Origin: the human T2T-CHM13v2.0 reference genome, Homo sapiens
DNA length: 64,000 bases
Strand: one strand, 5' to 3'
Assembly: GCF_009914755.1 (NCBI RefSeq)
Contig: NC_060925.1
The notes under the pieces are model-generated. The model was not told where the DNA came from, made no database searches, and worked only from the letters and a program-made list of their open reading frames with translations. Numbering within the stretch: position 1 is the stretch's first letter; each line of letters starts with the position of its first letter. The position numbers and the translations under genes are program-made. Of this stretch, positions 1 through 12,251 are shown in pieces.

Positions 1-280
1 TTGCTTCTTGCCCTGGAAGAGGGGAGGCAAGATGAAGAGTTTAGCAGAAAAGAACAGTAGAAAACAGTCCTGGCCAGAATAGAAGTTTCTGTGTGCTGAG
101 TATAAGGGGCCCAAGAAGGCTGGCTGTGTGAGAAGCTGCTGGTGTCTGGGAATGGCATAGGGCTTGGAGACCCAGACTCAAGTCCAGGTTTTGTCCTTTC
201 CTCACCGAGTGACTACTAGAAGGTCACTCTTCTCTGGGCCTCCAACTCCCCCTCCTGGACTGTACCATGTGGGACCAGAT

Positions 281-785
281 CAGAGGTTGTCAAACTTTTT
301 TGACAGCAATTCACAGTAATAAATGCGAAGGATTGTTCTGCCTCAGGTGCCGACAGCACCCACGTAAAGAAACACTGCACCATTCGTCATAAAGCCTGGC
401 TTCACTCGAAGTGCCCCATCTGGGCAGACCATCCTCCTCCACTTTTCTGAGACATATTTAGACCCGTTCTGTGTCTGTGGGGTGAGACTAGCATGGAGCT
501 CTGATACTGGTGCATACACCTTTCCTGGGCTGTCTTGGCTTCCTGGGTTCATCCTCCCTCTTATGACACCTGGTAGCTCCTTTAGGTATGTCACGTATGT
601 TGCAACCCAGTACCCATACACTGTTTCACAAAACAATGTGTGACTTTACTACCTGCACTGCACTCTGATATTTTATATTCCAGGATATATTATTCTATTC
701 CATCTTTTTAAAAATGATGGCCATAGTCTTCTAAATTGATTTTATAATCCACAATGGGTCACAGCCTGCAGTTAGAAAAGTAATA
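281..785. mobile_element. Non-autonomous hAT-Charlie-type DNA element (MER class, family uncertain), split by a ~270-bp insert
   Basis: Ends cagaggttgtcaaac...cagttagaaaag; internal ctaaattgattt...aatgggtcacagcc resembles Charlie MITEs; degenerate 8-bp flanks gaccagat/tatcagat. Confidence 0.55.
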
Positions 786-940
786 TATCAGATGATGGCT
801 CAGGTTCCTTCCAGGCCAAACATTCTGGGATTCTGTAAGCGTTATTATGGGGGCTGGGGAGGGCTGTATCTCATGCCCTGCTGGATCCAGGACCCCCATT
901 TAGGAACCTTGACTGAGCTTTTCTCCCTTTCCCTGGCCAG

Positions 941-1335
941 ATCTACAATGGAACCCTCAAGCGGGAGCCTGACAACAGGCGCTTCAGCTCCTACAGCCAG
1001 ATGGAGAACTGGAGCCGGCACTACCCCCGGGGCAGCTGTAACACCACCGGCGCAGGCAGCGACATCTGCTTCATGCAGAAAATCAAGGCGAGCCGCAGTG
1101 AGCCCGACCTCTACTGTGACCCACGGGGCACCCTGCGCAAGGGCACGCTGGGCAGCAAGGGCCAGAAGACCACCCAGAACCGCTACAGCTTTTACAGCAC
1201 CTGCAGTGGTCAGAAGGCCATAAAGAAGTGCCCTGTGCGCCCGCCCTCTTGTGCCTCCAAGCAGGACCCTGTGTATATCCCGCCCATCTCCTGCAACAAG
1301 GACCTGTCCTTTGGCCACTCTAGGGCCAGCTCCAA
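941..1335 (+). CDS. PKP1: PKP1 exon 3 (395 nt, head domain)
   Basis: ccctggccag|ATCTAC...TCCAA|gtgagt; encodes IYNGTLKREP...GHSRASS(K). Confidence 0.97.
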
Positions 1336-1604
1336 GTGAGTGCTGCTGGGCTGGGTTGGGGAGCCAGGAGGGCCAGTGGGGAGACACACCCTTAGCCTGA
1401 CTGCACCCTGCAAAGGGCTCCTGGGATGACAGGAGAGACATAGCTTCTGTCCCTGGGGAGTTCATTGCCCCTGGTGTAATGGACTCCCTAATGGGGAGAA
1501 CCTGGCCCCATGGGCCCTTGAACTCAAGAAGTTCTTAGTGTGAAGGTGAAACAGACATTGACTGTGTAGGTTTTAAAGGTCACAGTTTATGAACAGAAAG
1601 AGGC

Positions 1605-1790
1605 TAATAGTTCTCAAAGTGTGTTCCTCCAACCAGCAACATCAGCATCACCCAGGAATTTGTTAGAAATGCTCATTTGGGGACCCACCCAGACCTATTG
1701 TCTCAGAAACACTGGGAGAGGGGCCCAGCAATGCATATATTAACAAGCCCTTCAGTGATTCTGATTTACACTAGAGTTTGAGAACCTCTG
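1605..1790 (+). mobile_element. MER5A (hAT-Charlie MITE)
   Basis: gttctcaaagtgtg...cagcatcacccagg...ttgttagaaatgc...gtttgagaacctctg follows the MER5A consensus, with TIRs. Confidence 0.85.
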
Positions 1791-1944
1791 ATCTTAGGCA
1801 TGTAAATCTCTATCCATGTTCTGAAAGAGCAAAGGAATATGCCCCGGTATGGACGACGGGAATAGAATGGGTTTCAGGTTACGTTATAAGATAGGTAAAT
1901 CCAAAGGACAAATAGGACAAATAGACATAAAAACTGAGGGACAT

Positions 1945-2301
<357 letters not shown>

Positions 2302-2634
2302 CTACTGCTACAGAACAGAGCACAACTCCTGTGCATACATGTGGAAGGCCATCACCCAGAGGGAACAAAGGAGACCAAATGGGGTGCCCCGTTAGGAGCC
2401 ATAGACGCAGAGGTGTCGTGAGTGACACTGAGCCTGCCCTTCAGGGCTGGGGGCTCCCTGAACCTTTGAACTGTCCTTCATCACCACCTACTGCTCTTGT
2501 TATTTATTTATTTGGCAAATGTTTGCCGACCATCTACTACATGCCAGGCTCTTTGACAAGTGCGGGAGACACAGCCATGATAGGGACAACCCAGAGCTGT
2601 TCTGGAGCTACACAATTAACTCCTTTTCTGAGAG

Positions 2635-2790
2635 CCTCAGGAGCTTTGCATTCTTCATCTTTAATCCTCACACCCGCCACCAGGCAGGCATGAGTATTCC
2701 TGAGGAGAAAACAAGGCACAGAGATGTTAAGTAGTTTGTCCAAGGCCACACAGCTGGCTCTCCATCCTGTGCTCTTCCCTACTGGTACCA
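2635..2790 (-). mobile_element. MIR SINE fragment
   Basis: tttaatcctcac...gagaaaacaaggcacagagatgttaagtagtttgtccaaggccacacagct, antisense MIR core. Confidence 0.7.
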
Positions 2791-3435
2791 CACTGTTCTG
2801 AAAATAAGCAGAACCCCGTTATAGAGCTAGACGTTTCCGAACTACCTGATGGCCGTAAGGCGTATTTAGGATGATCTGGAGAAGAACTAAGAAACCTCTC
2901 TGTCTTGGAGGCTGATCAGGGCAGCCTCTGGCTTCAGCTCATTGTCCCAACCAGAGGCCCTGAGTGGAGGTTCTAGGTGAGATATGGAAGGGATGAGTGT
3001 CAAGCCATTTTGGGGTGACATTTTACTGATGAATGCAGGGTGACATTCTCTCAATGCAGGCAGCAGTACTACTTACCCAGTGCCAGAGAACTCTGCACCT
3101 CGGGTGGTTTTCCTAGAAATGAAGTTGGGCTGCTATAGCTAAAACCATGGGTATTTATTGACCACCAAGTATGTCAAAGCATAAGGATAGGGCTCCCTCT
3201 TTGAATGCTGGACACAGCCAGTCACCACCCTGTGACTCTACACCAGGGGAGCTGGAGAGGTTCTTAGAAGAGAGGTTTCCCTTCCCTAGGAAGGCTTCAC
3301 AGATGTGGGGCATCAGCAGGGCCAGTGGTGTGCCTTGAGGCATGCCTGAGACCTGGCCAGGGTACAGTGAAGGGGACAGTCTTGCTGGAGCAGACCCTGG
3401 ATAGGGGCTGGGGAATGTTCATAGTGGAGCCGGGT

Positions 3436-3518
3436 TATTAGGTTAAAACATATGAAATTTCTGGTTTTATGGCTGAAAAAAGGTTGACTACAGACATTTC
3501 CTATGATTCAACCTAATA
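3436..3518. mobile_element. MADE2 mariner-derived MITE
   Basis: ~80 bp with TIRs tattaggttaaaacatatgaaat / atttcctatgattcaacctaata and TA ends. Confidence 0.8.
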
Positions 3519-3800
3519 CCTGCCCTTGGACATCAGGCTAAGCTGTTTAAACTTGAACCTGAAGTATGGAGAAGCCACTGATGGTTTCTGAGCTAGAGAA
3601 CAACACAGTGAACTGGGTTTTAGAACCACTTATCTAGTAAAAAGGGTATGAAATTTTAGATGGGGGAACTTGAGGAAGAAAGCCAAATATGGAAGTCCCT
3701 TGCTGCCTTTAAAGTGATCAAGATCAGGAAATTGGTGGCTATAAGAATGGGAAGAAAGGCTAGATGTGAACATTTTTGTGTAAGAGCCAGCTGGACTTGG

Positions 3801-4004
3801 GGATGGATAGATGGATGGATAAATGGATGGATGGATGCATGGATGGACAGATGGACGGACAGACGGACGGATGGATGGACAGATGGATGGACGGATGGAC
3901 GGACGGACGGATGGACGGACGGACGGACGGATGGATGGATGGATGGATGGATGGATGGATGGACGGACGGACGTACGGACGGACGGATGGATGGATGGAT
4001 GGAT
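3801..4004. repeat. Mosaic (GGAT/GGAC)n tetranucleotide repeat, ~51 units
   Basis: Directly visible; source of the six spurious ORFs at 3630-4124. Confidence 0.97.
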
Positions 4005-4383
4005 AGGATCATGGCCATTGTCTTCCATTTTCCTAATACCAGACACAAACAAGAGAGATGGCAAGGTAGGTGGGAAGCTTCCCCTCAGGGAATAGGGAGG
4101 AGTTTTTCCTCAGTGGAGAGATAACATACCTGCTAGGACATTAACTGTGACCAGGGGCTCACTATTCTCACATGGGGCAAATCCAGTGGGTGTAGCCTTC
4201 CCTCCTCTGGAGGAGAGGAGCTGTTCCCAGGGGTATTCTCCAAGTGGGCCTGGGCTGCCTTGTTCTGGCTCTCCAGAGGGCAGATGAGGCTGTGGCAGCT
4301 TAGTGTGCTGGGAGGAATTCTGAGCCCCCTCAGCAGGGCTCCCAGCCCACCCCGTAACCACCCCCACTGCCTATTCTTCACAG

Positions 4384-4528
4384 GATCTGCAGTGAGGACA
4401 TCGAGTGCAGTGGGCTGACCATCCCCAAGGCTGTGCAGTACCTGAGCTCCCAGGATGAGAAGTACCAGGCCATTGGGGCCTATTACATCCAGCATACCTG
4501 CTTCCAGGATGAATCTGCCAAGCAACAG
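4384..4528 (+). CDS. PKP1: PKP1 exon 4 (145 nt)
   Basis: ttcacag|GATCTGC...CAACAG|gtagct; ICSEDIECSGLTIPKAVQYL...SAKQQ. Confidence 0.97.
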
Positions 4529-5171
4529 GTAGCTGGTTGCATACCTTCCTCCTTGGTGGGCCTGCGGAGGGCCTGGGTGTGTCAGCCTGACTCCGCTTTT
4601 AGAGATGGGTGGGGGCATCTGCAGTTGGCTTCTCTTGCCTTGCCCAGCTGCCAGGAGCCTTCGCATTGCCCAAGGTTAGAGCTGGGCATCTTAACTTTCT
4701 GCAGAGCAAAGCCCTCTGTTTAAGTGGACATTAGGCAGGTACAATTCCTCCATTGGTCATGGAAGAGACTTCAATGCCAGCCACGGGTTCAACAGAAACC
4801 CCTTTTCTCAAATCCCACTAAAGAACATGACTGCTCCTCACCTCTCAACTCCTGCCCTCCTACCTGCTTCCTCTCTCCCACTCCCCTTCTCTCTCCAGGC
4901 ATCTTACGGTAGAAAACAGGCCTGTTGATGCCTCCAAAGCTTTGCTGGCAGGAAGGACACTACAGGGTTCTTCAGTTCAGCCCAAGGATGTAGTGTCAAA
5001 AATGAGTTTCCCAGAGTCCCAGATAAGTTTGTATGCATTTCTATGTCTGTGTTCTGCTTTAGGGTTTTGAAATGTATTTACATCCACTCTCTTATCAGGT
5101 CCTCACCATCATTCTCCAGAGGAAGAAAGCAGGACTCAGGAAAGAGGAGGGACCCTAGCTGAGGTTCTCCC

Positions 5172-5209
5172 AGCTAGGATATGGGAGCTAGGATATGGGA
5201 GCTAGGATC
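5172..5209. repeat. 14-bp tandem repeat AGCTAGGATATGGG x2.7
   Basis: Directly visible. Confidence 0.9.
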
Positions 5210-5401
5210 TGAATCCAGGTCTTTTGCCTCCGGGTCTGGGTCAGTTATCATGACCTCACACTGCTTATTTATTTTGGTTGACTTGAATATTTCTGAACTG
5301 ATAGATTTTTTGGTCTGAAAAAAAAATCAGCTTTGAGTAGAGAATAACTAGATCAGCCTCATCTCCCTTGACCAGGCAGCGTGGCAACTCTTTCCTGGCA
5401 G

Positions 5402-5609
5402 GTCTATCAGCTGGGAGGCATCTGCAAGCTGGTGGACCTCCTCCGCAGCCCCAACCAGAACGTCCAGCAGGCCGCGGCAGGGGCCCTGCGCAACCTGGTG
5501 TTCAGGAGCACCACCAACAAGCTGGAGACCCGGAGGCAGAATGGGATCCGCGAGGCAGTCAGCCTCCTGAGGAGAACCGGGAACGCCGAGATCCAGAAGC
5601 AGCTGACTG
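5402..5609 (+). CDS. PKP1: PKP1 exon 5 (208 nt, ARM repeats)
   Basis: tggcag|GTCTAT...CTGACTG|gtagga; VYQLGGICKLVDLL...EIQKQLT. Confidence 0.97.
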
Positions 5610-6447
5610 GTAGGACAACACGGCCACCGAGAGCCAGCCTGAGGGCTGTGCAAGGCCACTGGCTATGGCCCCAGGCTGGGGTGCAAGCCTGTCTCTCCAG
5701 GCTGGGCCAAGACACAGCTGTGCAGATTTGGCCCAGGGCTAATATCCTGAGAGTTTAGTGACACTGGCCTTGGCCCAATTAGGGGTGTCCAGAGGGTGAC
5801 CTTGGGTGGTGTGCACACACAAGGGGTCACCATCTTTTTGAGGTTAAAGAGCAAAAGGAGGAAGGCTGATGTCCAGGCAAGATCCATATTCCACAAGCCC
5901 TGGGATTCCCAGGTGATGGAAAGAGAGTAAGACTGAGGGGAGAAGGGGTTAACAGGCCTTAAGCACCTACCCTGTGTTCAAGAAATATGGTAGGCACTCA
6001 AGGTGGGGGGCACAAGAGGAAGAGGTCACCGTGAAGACCTAGAATTGGGCTGGGAAGATCAGACCATGTACAGAGTAATGACTGATAAGTATTTCTGGCA
6101 TAACTTTCAGATGGAAAAGAGACAGCGTTAGAAGACTCCAAGTGCTAAAATTTATACTAAAAACCACTGATCAATCAAACGTTTTTTGATCACTTTCCAC
6201 ATGCATAATTTTGGCCTTGACAGAGAACTCCGAGATGTTCCCTGCCTGCAAAGAACCTTCAGTCTGGTTGGGGCATTGAGAAATAGCCTCATGACACAGA
6301 CAGACAATAGGTTCTACAGACCAGGGCTACCTGGAAAGCGACATTTCAGTAGGGCCCATTTGCCAGAGTCCAGGCTGGGGCTGTTACCTCGGTCCCTAGG
6401 GCATCCTGAGCCTGGCACAAATTGGGTTGATGGTCTCTGACCCCCAG

Positions 6448-6625
6448 GGCTGCTCTGGAACCTGTCTTCCACTGACGAGCTGAAGGAGGAACTCATTGCC
6501 GACGCCCTGCCTGTTCTGGCCGACCGCGTCATCATTCCCTTCTCTGGCTGGTGCGATGGCAATAGCAACATGTCCCGGGAAGTGGTGGACCCTGAGGTCT
6601 TCTTCAATGCCACAGGCTGCTTGAG
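6448..6625 (+). CDS. PKP1: PKP1 exon 6 (178 nt)
   Basis: cccccag|GGCTGC...TTGAG|gtgaga; GLLWNLSSTDELKEEL...NATGCLR. Confidence 0.97.
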
Positions 6626-7642
6626 GTGAGAGAAGAGGATACATGGGGTCTTTTTGTCCCAGCCTTGGGCCCTTCCCCAGGCAGCCCCATCTCAGCCAAC
6701 ATTCAGCCAGTGCATAGAACATAACAGACAACCCGGCACTCCCTCTTATGGGCAGGCTCCAAGACACAGGGACTCAGGCCTTCCTAACTTCCCTGGAACT
6801 GGATAAGGCCCAGGACCCTACCACCCCCTTTGAGAGAATGCAGCGGACATTAGTCAGAAATCTGAGCTTGAAAATGCCTAGATCTGAATATCCAAACTGG
6901 TTCAACCATTTCCCTCCTCCACCCCATGAAAAAAAATGCATTTCTTGTGCTATCTTGAAGAGTGTTCTTTTAGACAAAAGTCTACCGATGGGTTGCTAAT
7001 GAGTCACTTCCCAGCTGTGGTGTTAAAACCATTTGCCATGTTCATTGGCATGAAGATGGCACTGCTTCACCCAAAGTTGCCTAAGTTCCATACCAGGGTG
7101 TGGCAAAGCCCCTGTGGGGCTGGTGGGAGGGCTTGTTCTAGAAGCAGTGGTTTACAAGCTGGCGAAATGGGTGGGTGTGGAGGGGCGGCTGGTACAGGGC
7201 TTGGAACCCTGGAGCAGGATCCCTTTTAGGGTCTTTAATGGGGTTTGTCTTGCTTTAATGGGGTTTGTCTTTCCCAACTCCTGAGAATCCCCCCAGAGTG
7301 GTGGGTGCAGCTGGCATGTGCCTCTGTGTCTCAACTTGTGTTTCTCCCTGCCAGCCTCCGGTAGCAGCCTCCAGGAAGCAGAGAGGCTGGGGAGATGAAA
7401 AGTGAGGATAATTAAGAGTTTTATGGGGTTGATGTGCTACTGGTAGCAACAGCAGCCACACCCCACCTGCACCAGGCTGATGAGCCCACATTGCTTGGGG
7501 ATGAGCCCACATTGCTTGGGAGTGAGCCTACTGCTGGGGGCAGAACACAGCTTGGGTGGAGAGGGAGCTTCTGGTGCCCAGCCCGGCCACCCCCAGCTCC
7601 ACTTCTGATCCAGCATCAACAGGGCTTCTTCCTGTCCCACAG

Positions 7643-7705
7643 AAAGAGACTGGGCATGCGGGAGCTTCTGGCTCTTGTTCCGCAAAGGGCCACTAGTAGC
7701 AGGGT
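7643..7705 (+). CDS. PKP1: PKP1 alternative exon 7 (63 nt, isoform 1b only)
   Basis: cccacag|AAAGAG...AGGGT|gtgagc; adds in-frame KRLGMRELLALVPQRATSSRV, the known 21-aa PKP1b insert. Confidence 0.92.
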
Positions 7706-8093
7706 GTGAGCCTTGGGATGCAGCTGCGGAGGGACCGTTGCCACATGGAGCCATTGCCAGTTATAAAGTTACTGGGCAGAGTGAAGGAGGAGAAGAACTG
7801 AGTGCAAATGAGACCTCATTTCAGCCTCAGCCAGGGCCAGGCGGAATTGGCTAAATGGTTTCTCTTTCCTTCCGTTTTCATCTTTTCCTCTCTTCATTCC
7901 TTTCCTCCCTTTCCTCTTCTCCTTCCTTCCTTCTACCACAACTTCCAATCTCCACCCCGTCGTCTCCTCTCTGCCCTCCCCTCTCCTGCCTGTTCTCTCT
8001 CCTGCCTGTCCCCCACCACACTCTCTTGTCCCCACCTTCCCCGTTCTCTCTTCCCCCTTTCTCTGCCCTCTTCCACCCTCTTCTCTCCCCCAG

Positions 8094-8208
8094 GAACCTG
8101 AGCTCGGCCGATGCAGGCCGCCAGACCATGCGTAACTACTCAGGGCTCATTGATTCCCTCATGGCCTATGTCCAGAACTGTGTAGCGGCCAGCCGCTGTG
8201 ACGACAAG
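8094..8208 (+). CDS. PKP1: PKP1 exon 8 (115 nt)
   Basis: ccccag|GAACCTG...GACAAG|gtgagt; NLSSADAGRQTMRNYSG...RCDDK. Confidence 0.97.
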
Positions 8209-9464
8209 GTGAGTGCATCCCCTGGTGGCACCCTGACCCCTAGGCCCAGCCCCCTACATTTTCTGGGTGCCTTTGAGGCCTGGCCCAGTGACAAGACAGG
8301 AGCACAGACTCAGGGGTGGTAGAAGAGGCATCTGGATGCAGGGCCCAGTGGTGGCTACAGGAGTGGGCTCTGGGGACAGCGTGCCCATGCAAATCCACTC
8401 TCCCTCACTTAGAAGTGGAGTAGATGCAGCTGCTTCCCTAATCTCTCTGTTTCCCGGTTCACTCTTCACTCTAATGGAAAGGGTCATAATCATATCAACC
8501 TCAAGGGTTGTCTGAAAGGCTTGATTAGTTAATAAGCAAAACACGAAGAGGGCCTGGCACAGAGGAAGCTCCCAGCGAGCATCTGCTGGCTGTGCTTCAT
8601 TGGTGGTGCTGAGGCCTGTCCTGTGACCCTGAGCCCTGCCCCACAGCCCAGAGGAATCCATACTGGTGCCCCCAGGGCTTAGTGTCCCCCCTGAGATGAG
8701 GCTCCTTCTGCCACTGCTATCTTCCCACTGCCTCCCAGAAAAGCCATTGGCAGTCATCTTGCTGCCCTCTCTGGACTTCTGGACACACAGCACAGACAAA
8801 CAGAAAGAAAAAAAGTTGTGGAGGGCAGATAAACAGAAGGCTGAGATGTTCCCACCATGGCAGGACAGTGGCTCAGGAGATAGTGAGGTCCAGCAGGCTC
8901 CAGATCGCCAGGGAATGGGCTGGCATCACAGCACCTGGGTTCTCAGCACAGTTGCCGTAAGGAGGGATTTTATCTCCTGCTCCCTCCACTGGAAGCAACA
9001 GCAGGGCCACAGAGGAGAGCCTTGTCACTGGGCTGCTCAGCCTGCTTCCAAAGGGCAAGATGCTTTTCTGCTCTGTGTGCAATATCTCCAACACCTGTGT
9101 AACCCCAAGCCCTGGAAGTCAGATTCCCTTAGACCCCAGCAAGGGCCAAACATCATTAGGAGGGTAAATCTGCTGCCCCCAAACCCTAGTCCTTTGGAGG
9201 TTTGCCAAAGGAGATTGACAAAGATCTGAGCCCAGCTGCCATGATGAAGCCCTGGGCTCCAGGTGTTGCTGTGTTTTGTGTGGACTTAGCACCGCTGACA
9301 TTGACAGCTAAGGACTGGCCCCAGGAAGAAAGAATGATGGGGGCACTAGATGGCTTTGGAATCTAGAGGCATGGGGCTTCTTCTGGAGGAGTTTGTTCTG
9401 GAAAAAAAAAAAGACACATTCTTCAATATCCCAGTCTGCCCATTGGCATGTTGTCCATAGCAGT

Positions 9465-9640
9465 CCTACCACACACTAGGCCCTGTGATAAGTGCTTTCT
9501 CTGTATCATCTTCCAAATAGCCTAGTGAAATGGACAATTGTAGTCTCATTTTACATTTGAGATAGCTGAGGCCCAGAGAAGTGAGGCCAGTCAAGTTCAT
9601 GCAGCCAGGAAATGACAGATTCAAACTCAGGTCCCAGAGG
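9465..9640 (-). mobile_element. MIR fragment
   Basis: ctcattttacatttgagatagctgaggcccagagaagtgagg, antisense MIR core. Confidence 0.65.
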
Positions 9641-9804
9641 TGGCCCTGGAAGACTTCCCAGGCTGAGAGTGTGGTGGTGCCTGCGCTCATCTTTCCCGAT
9701 GCAGCCCAGGTGCCTCTGCTCTCTTATTAGCTAGGGTAGGTGGTAGGCCAGGAGCCTGTCGGGCTGGGCAGAGGCTCAGGCCCATGCCTCTCCTTGGTCC
9801 CCAG

Positions 9805-9960
9805 TCTGTGGAAAACTGCATGTGTGTTCTGCACAACCTCTCCTACCGCCTGGACGCCGAGGTGCCCACCCGCTACCGCCAGCTGGAGTATAACGCCCGC
9901 AACGCCTACACCGAGAAGTCCTCCACTGGCTGCTTCAGCAACAAGAGCGACAAGATGATG
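9805..9960 (+). CDS. PKP1: PKP1 exon 9 (156 nt)
   Basis: ccccag|TCTGTG...ATGATG|gtgagc; SVENCMCVLHNLSYRL...SDKMM. Confidence 0.97.
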
Positions 9961-10839
9961 GTGAGCACAGCATCAGCAGGGCGGGGCCTGCCCCATCAAG
10001 CACCCCCCCAGGAGCCACTGCCTCATCTGCCCTTTCCTCTGGGCCCTCCTGGAGCCTGAAGCCAGCCCTAAGGGACAGGCCCATGCTGACACCTTGGCCT
10101 GGGGCTCAGGGTGCACTCTGGGAGCTGGGTAGAGGCCATTCATCTTGCACAAGGGGGAATCTGTTCTTGGAACTGTAGGGGCTCAGACCACCTTAGAGGT
10201 CAAAAACTCCAGCCTTCTGTTTGCAGGCCTTGGTCTTTCTTCCTGTATAATGGGTCAAGTCTCCCCCATCTTCTCCCTTGCCCTTGAGGATCTGAGGAAA
10301 GCCAGAACTCTCACTCTTTCTGGCCTTGGTTCCCACCATCTCCTGAGCCCTGCCAGGTTTCCCCAGAAGCAGAAGCCTACCAGGGATGGGTTGTCAGGTC
10401 TCCTTCACTGGGCCCAGCTGTGGAATCCAGGTCTCAGACCACCCTCTTTGGCCCAGGGTGGGTCAAACCTACTGTCTGAGTATGGAAGAGGAGGAAGCAT
10501 CATGATGGGAGAGCCCAAAGCAGCCCCACATATCTGGAAGGTTTGGGCCAAGGCTGCCCTGGAACACAGCTCCCAAGATGCCAGGATGCTCTCTTCTCCC
10601 ACATCCTGGGACAGTCTGGGGGACCATGGCCCATTCCTGCATCCCATGGAGCTGCTGCAGTGCATAGAGGAAAGGGGTGCAGCGGGGCTGTCCTGGGCCC
10701 CCTGCCTCTGCAGGCGCTTCCTCAGCTTGCCCTATCTGGAACCACGACCCTGAGGCTGGGGGGATGGGGACAGAATGCCTGGGTTGTGTCCTCTCACAAG
10801 GCTCCCCACTGACCCCCCTGACCGGCTCTTTATCCTCAG

Positions 10840-11016
10840 AACAACAACTATGACTGCCCCCTGCCTGAGGAAGAGACCAACCCCAAGGGCAGCGGCTGGT
10901 TGTACCATTCAGATGCCATCCGCACCTACCTGAACCTCATGGGCAAGAGCAAGAAAGATGCTACCCTGGAGGCCTGTGCTGGTGCCCTGCAGAACCTGAC
11001 AGCCAGCAAGGGGCTG
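10840..11016 (+). CDS. PKP1: PKP1 exon 10 (177 nt)
   Basis: cctcag|AACAAC...GGGCTG|gtgagt; NNNYDCPLPEEE...LQNLTASKGL. Confidence 0.97.
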
Positions 11017-12251
11017 GTGAGTGGGACTGTACCTTCTCTACTGCAGCAGCCCCATCCTCCAGCCACCGTCCAGCCTCTGCTCCCTCCTTTTCCCCCCAGC
11101 CTGTCCCCTGACTTCGGAGCCTCCCATGAGCAGAGTGTGCCTGGCATATGCTGGGCTCTGGGCTGGGCAATGGGGAAACACTCCTGTCCTTTAGGAGCTG
11201 CTGGGGGATGCAGAGAGGGTGGGCCCACTGATGCTGGATTCTGTCCATGCACACAATCCCCTTGGCCACATGGCTCCCGGTCCCCAGCTGGCCTCCTGGG
11301 CTCTGCTTGAGGTCGGGGAATGCGGCGGAGAAGGTGTTTGGCAAAAGGAGTTTCCCATTTGTTGAACTGACAAAGGTGGAAAAAGAGGGTTTGGGGTCCA
11401 AGCAGGTCCAGAGAAGATGTGACAGAATCCGTGCAGATGTTGAGGCCAAATGTATGTAGCTTGGAGGGCACAGTGGTATGGGGCAGAGCCGGAGGAAACC
11501 TGTTGCAATCAAGAAGAGTTGAGATGGGCCAGGCGGCCAATTGTTCTTCAGCTTTACTTAGGAAAAGGGAACCGAGCAGCAGCAGCACTAGAGTAGACCG
11601 AGGGCAGAGAACTTCCCTGGCTGTGAGGAGAGAGGCTGGGCAGTTCTGAGAATGCCAAACCCACCTAGACCTGTTACACCCAGGATAGCTATGTTGCTTA
11701 GAGGCCTGGGCGAACTGGCCTACCTCTAGGGGACCCCAGTTCTCTCTCCATGTGGGCCCAGACCCTTTCTTAGCCCTCTTTTCTCAGGCAAGCCCTCAAC
11801 AAATATGTGTTGGATTCTAAAGAGGTAGGAAAGTTGGAAGAAGATGGCCAGATGTTTAATTGACAAATACCCTTGACCATATAGTTTCACATGGGCAGAT
11901 AGCGTGGGGAGATGTAATGGGGGCAGCGCTGAGACAGTGGGGTGAGAGAGCAGCATTGGACGCTTGGGTTACTCTGGAAGCTAACTCTGGGTCACTATGA
12001 GTAGGGGAAATGAGACTTCCCTCTCTCCACCCATCTGGGCTGCAGGCTGATCCAGGAGACAGGATCAGGGCTGGGAAAGGGGAGGTGCATGTTAGCCTAG
12101 GTTTCTGTAGTTGCCCACATGTGAGCTAGTGCTTCCAATATGAAAGAGAAAGGGTTCTGGGATGTCTGCCTTTGGGGCTCCTTGCCCCTTTCTGCCTGCC
12201 ATGGTGCCTGGAAGCCACAGGCTAGCTCATCATCTACTCCTTCTCTCTTAG

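Noticed and set aside
845-1465. 206-aa antisense ORF over PKP1 exon 3
   Set aside because: Shadow ORF on the strand opposite a GC-rich exon; no recognisable domain
3630-4124. Six overlapping ORFs (77-154 aa range) with [12 protein letters not shown] repeats
   Set aside because: Artefact of the stop-poor GGAT/GGAC microsatellite
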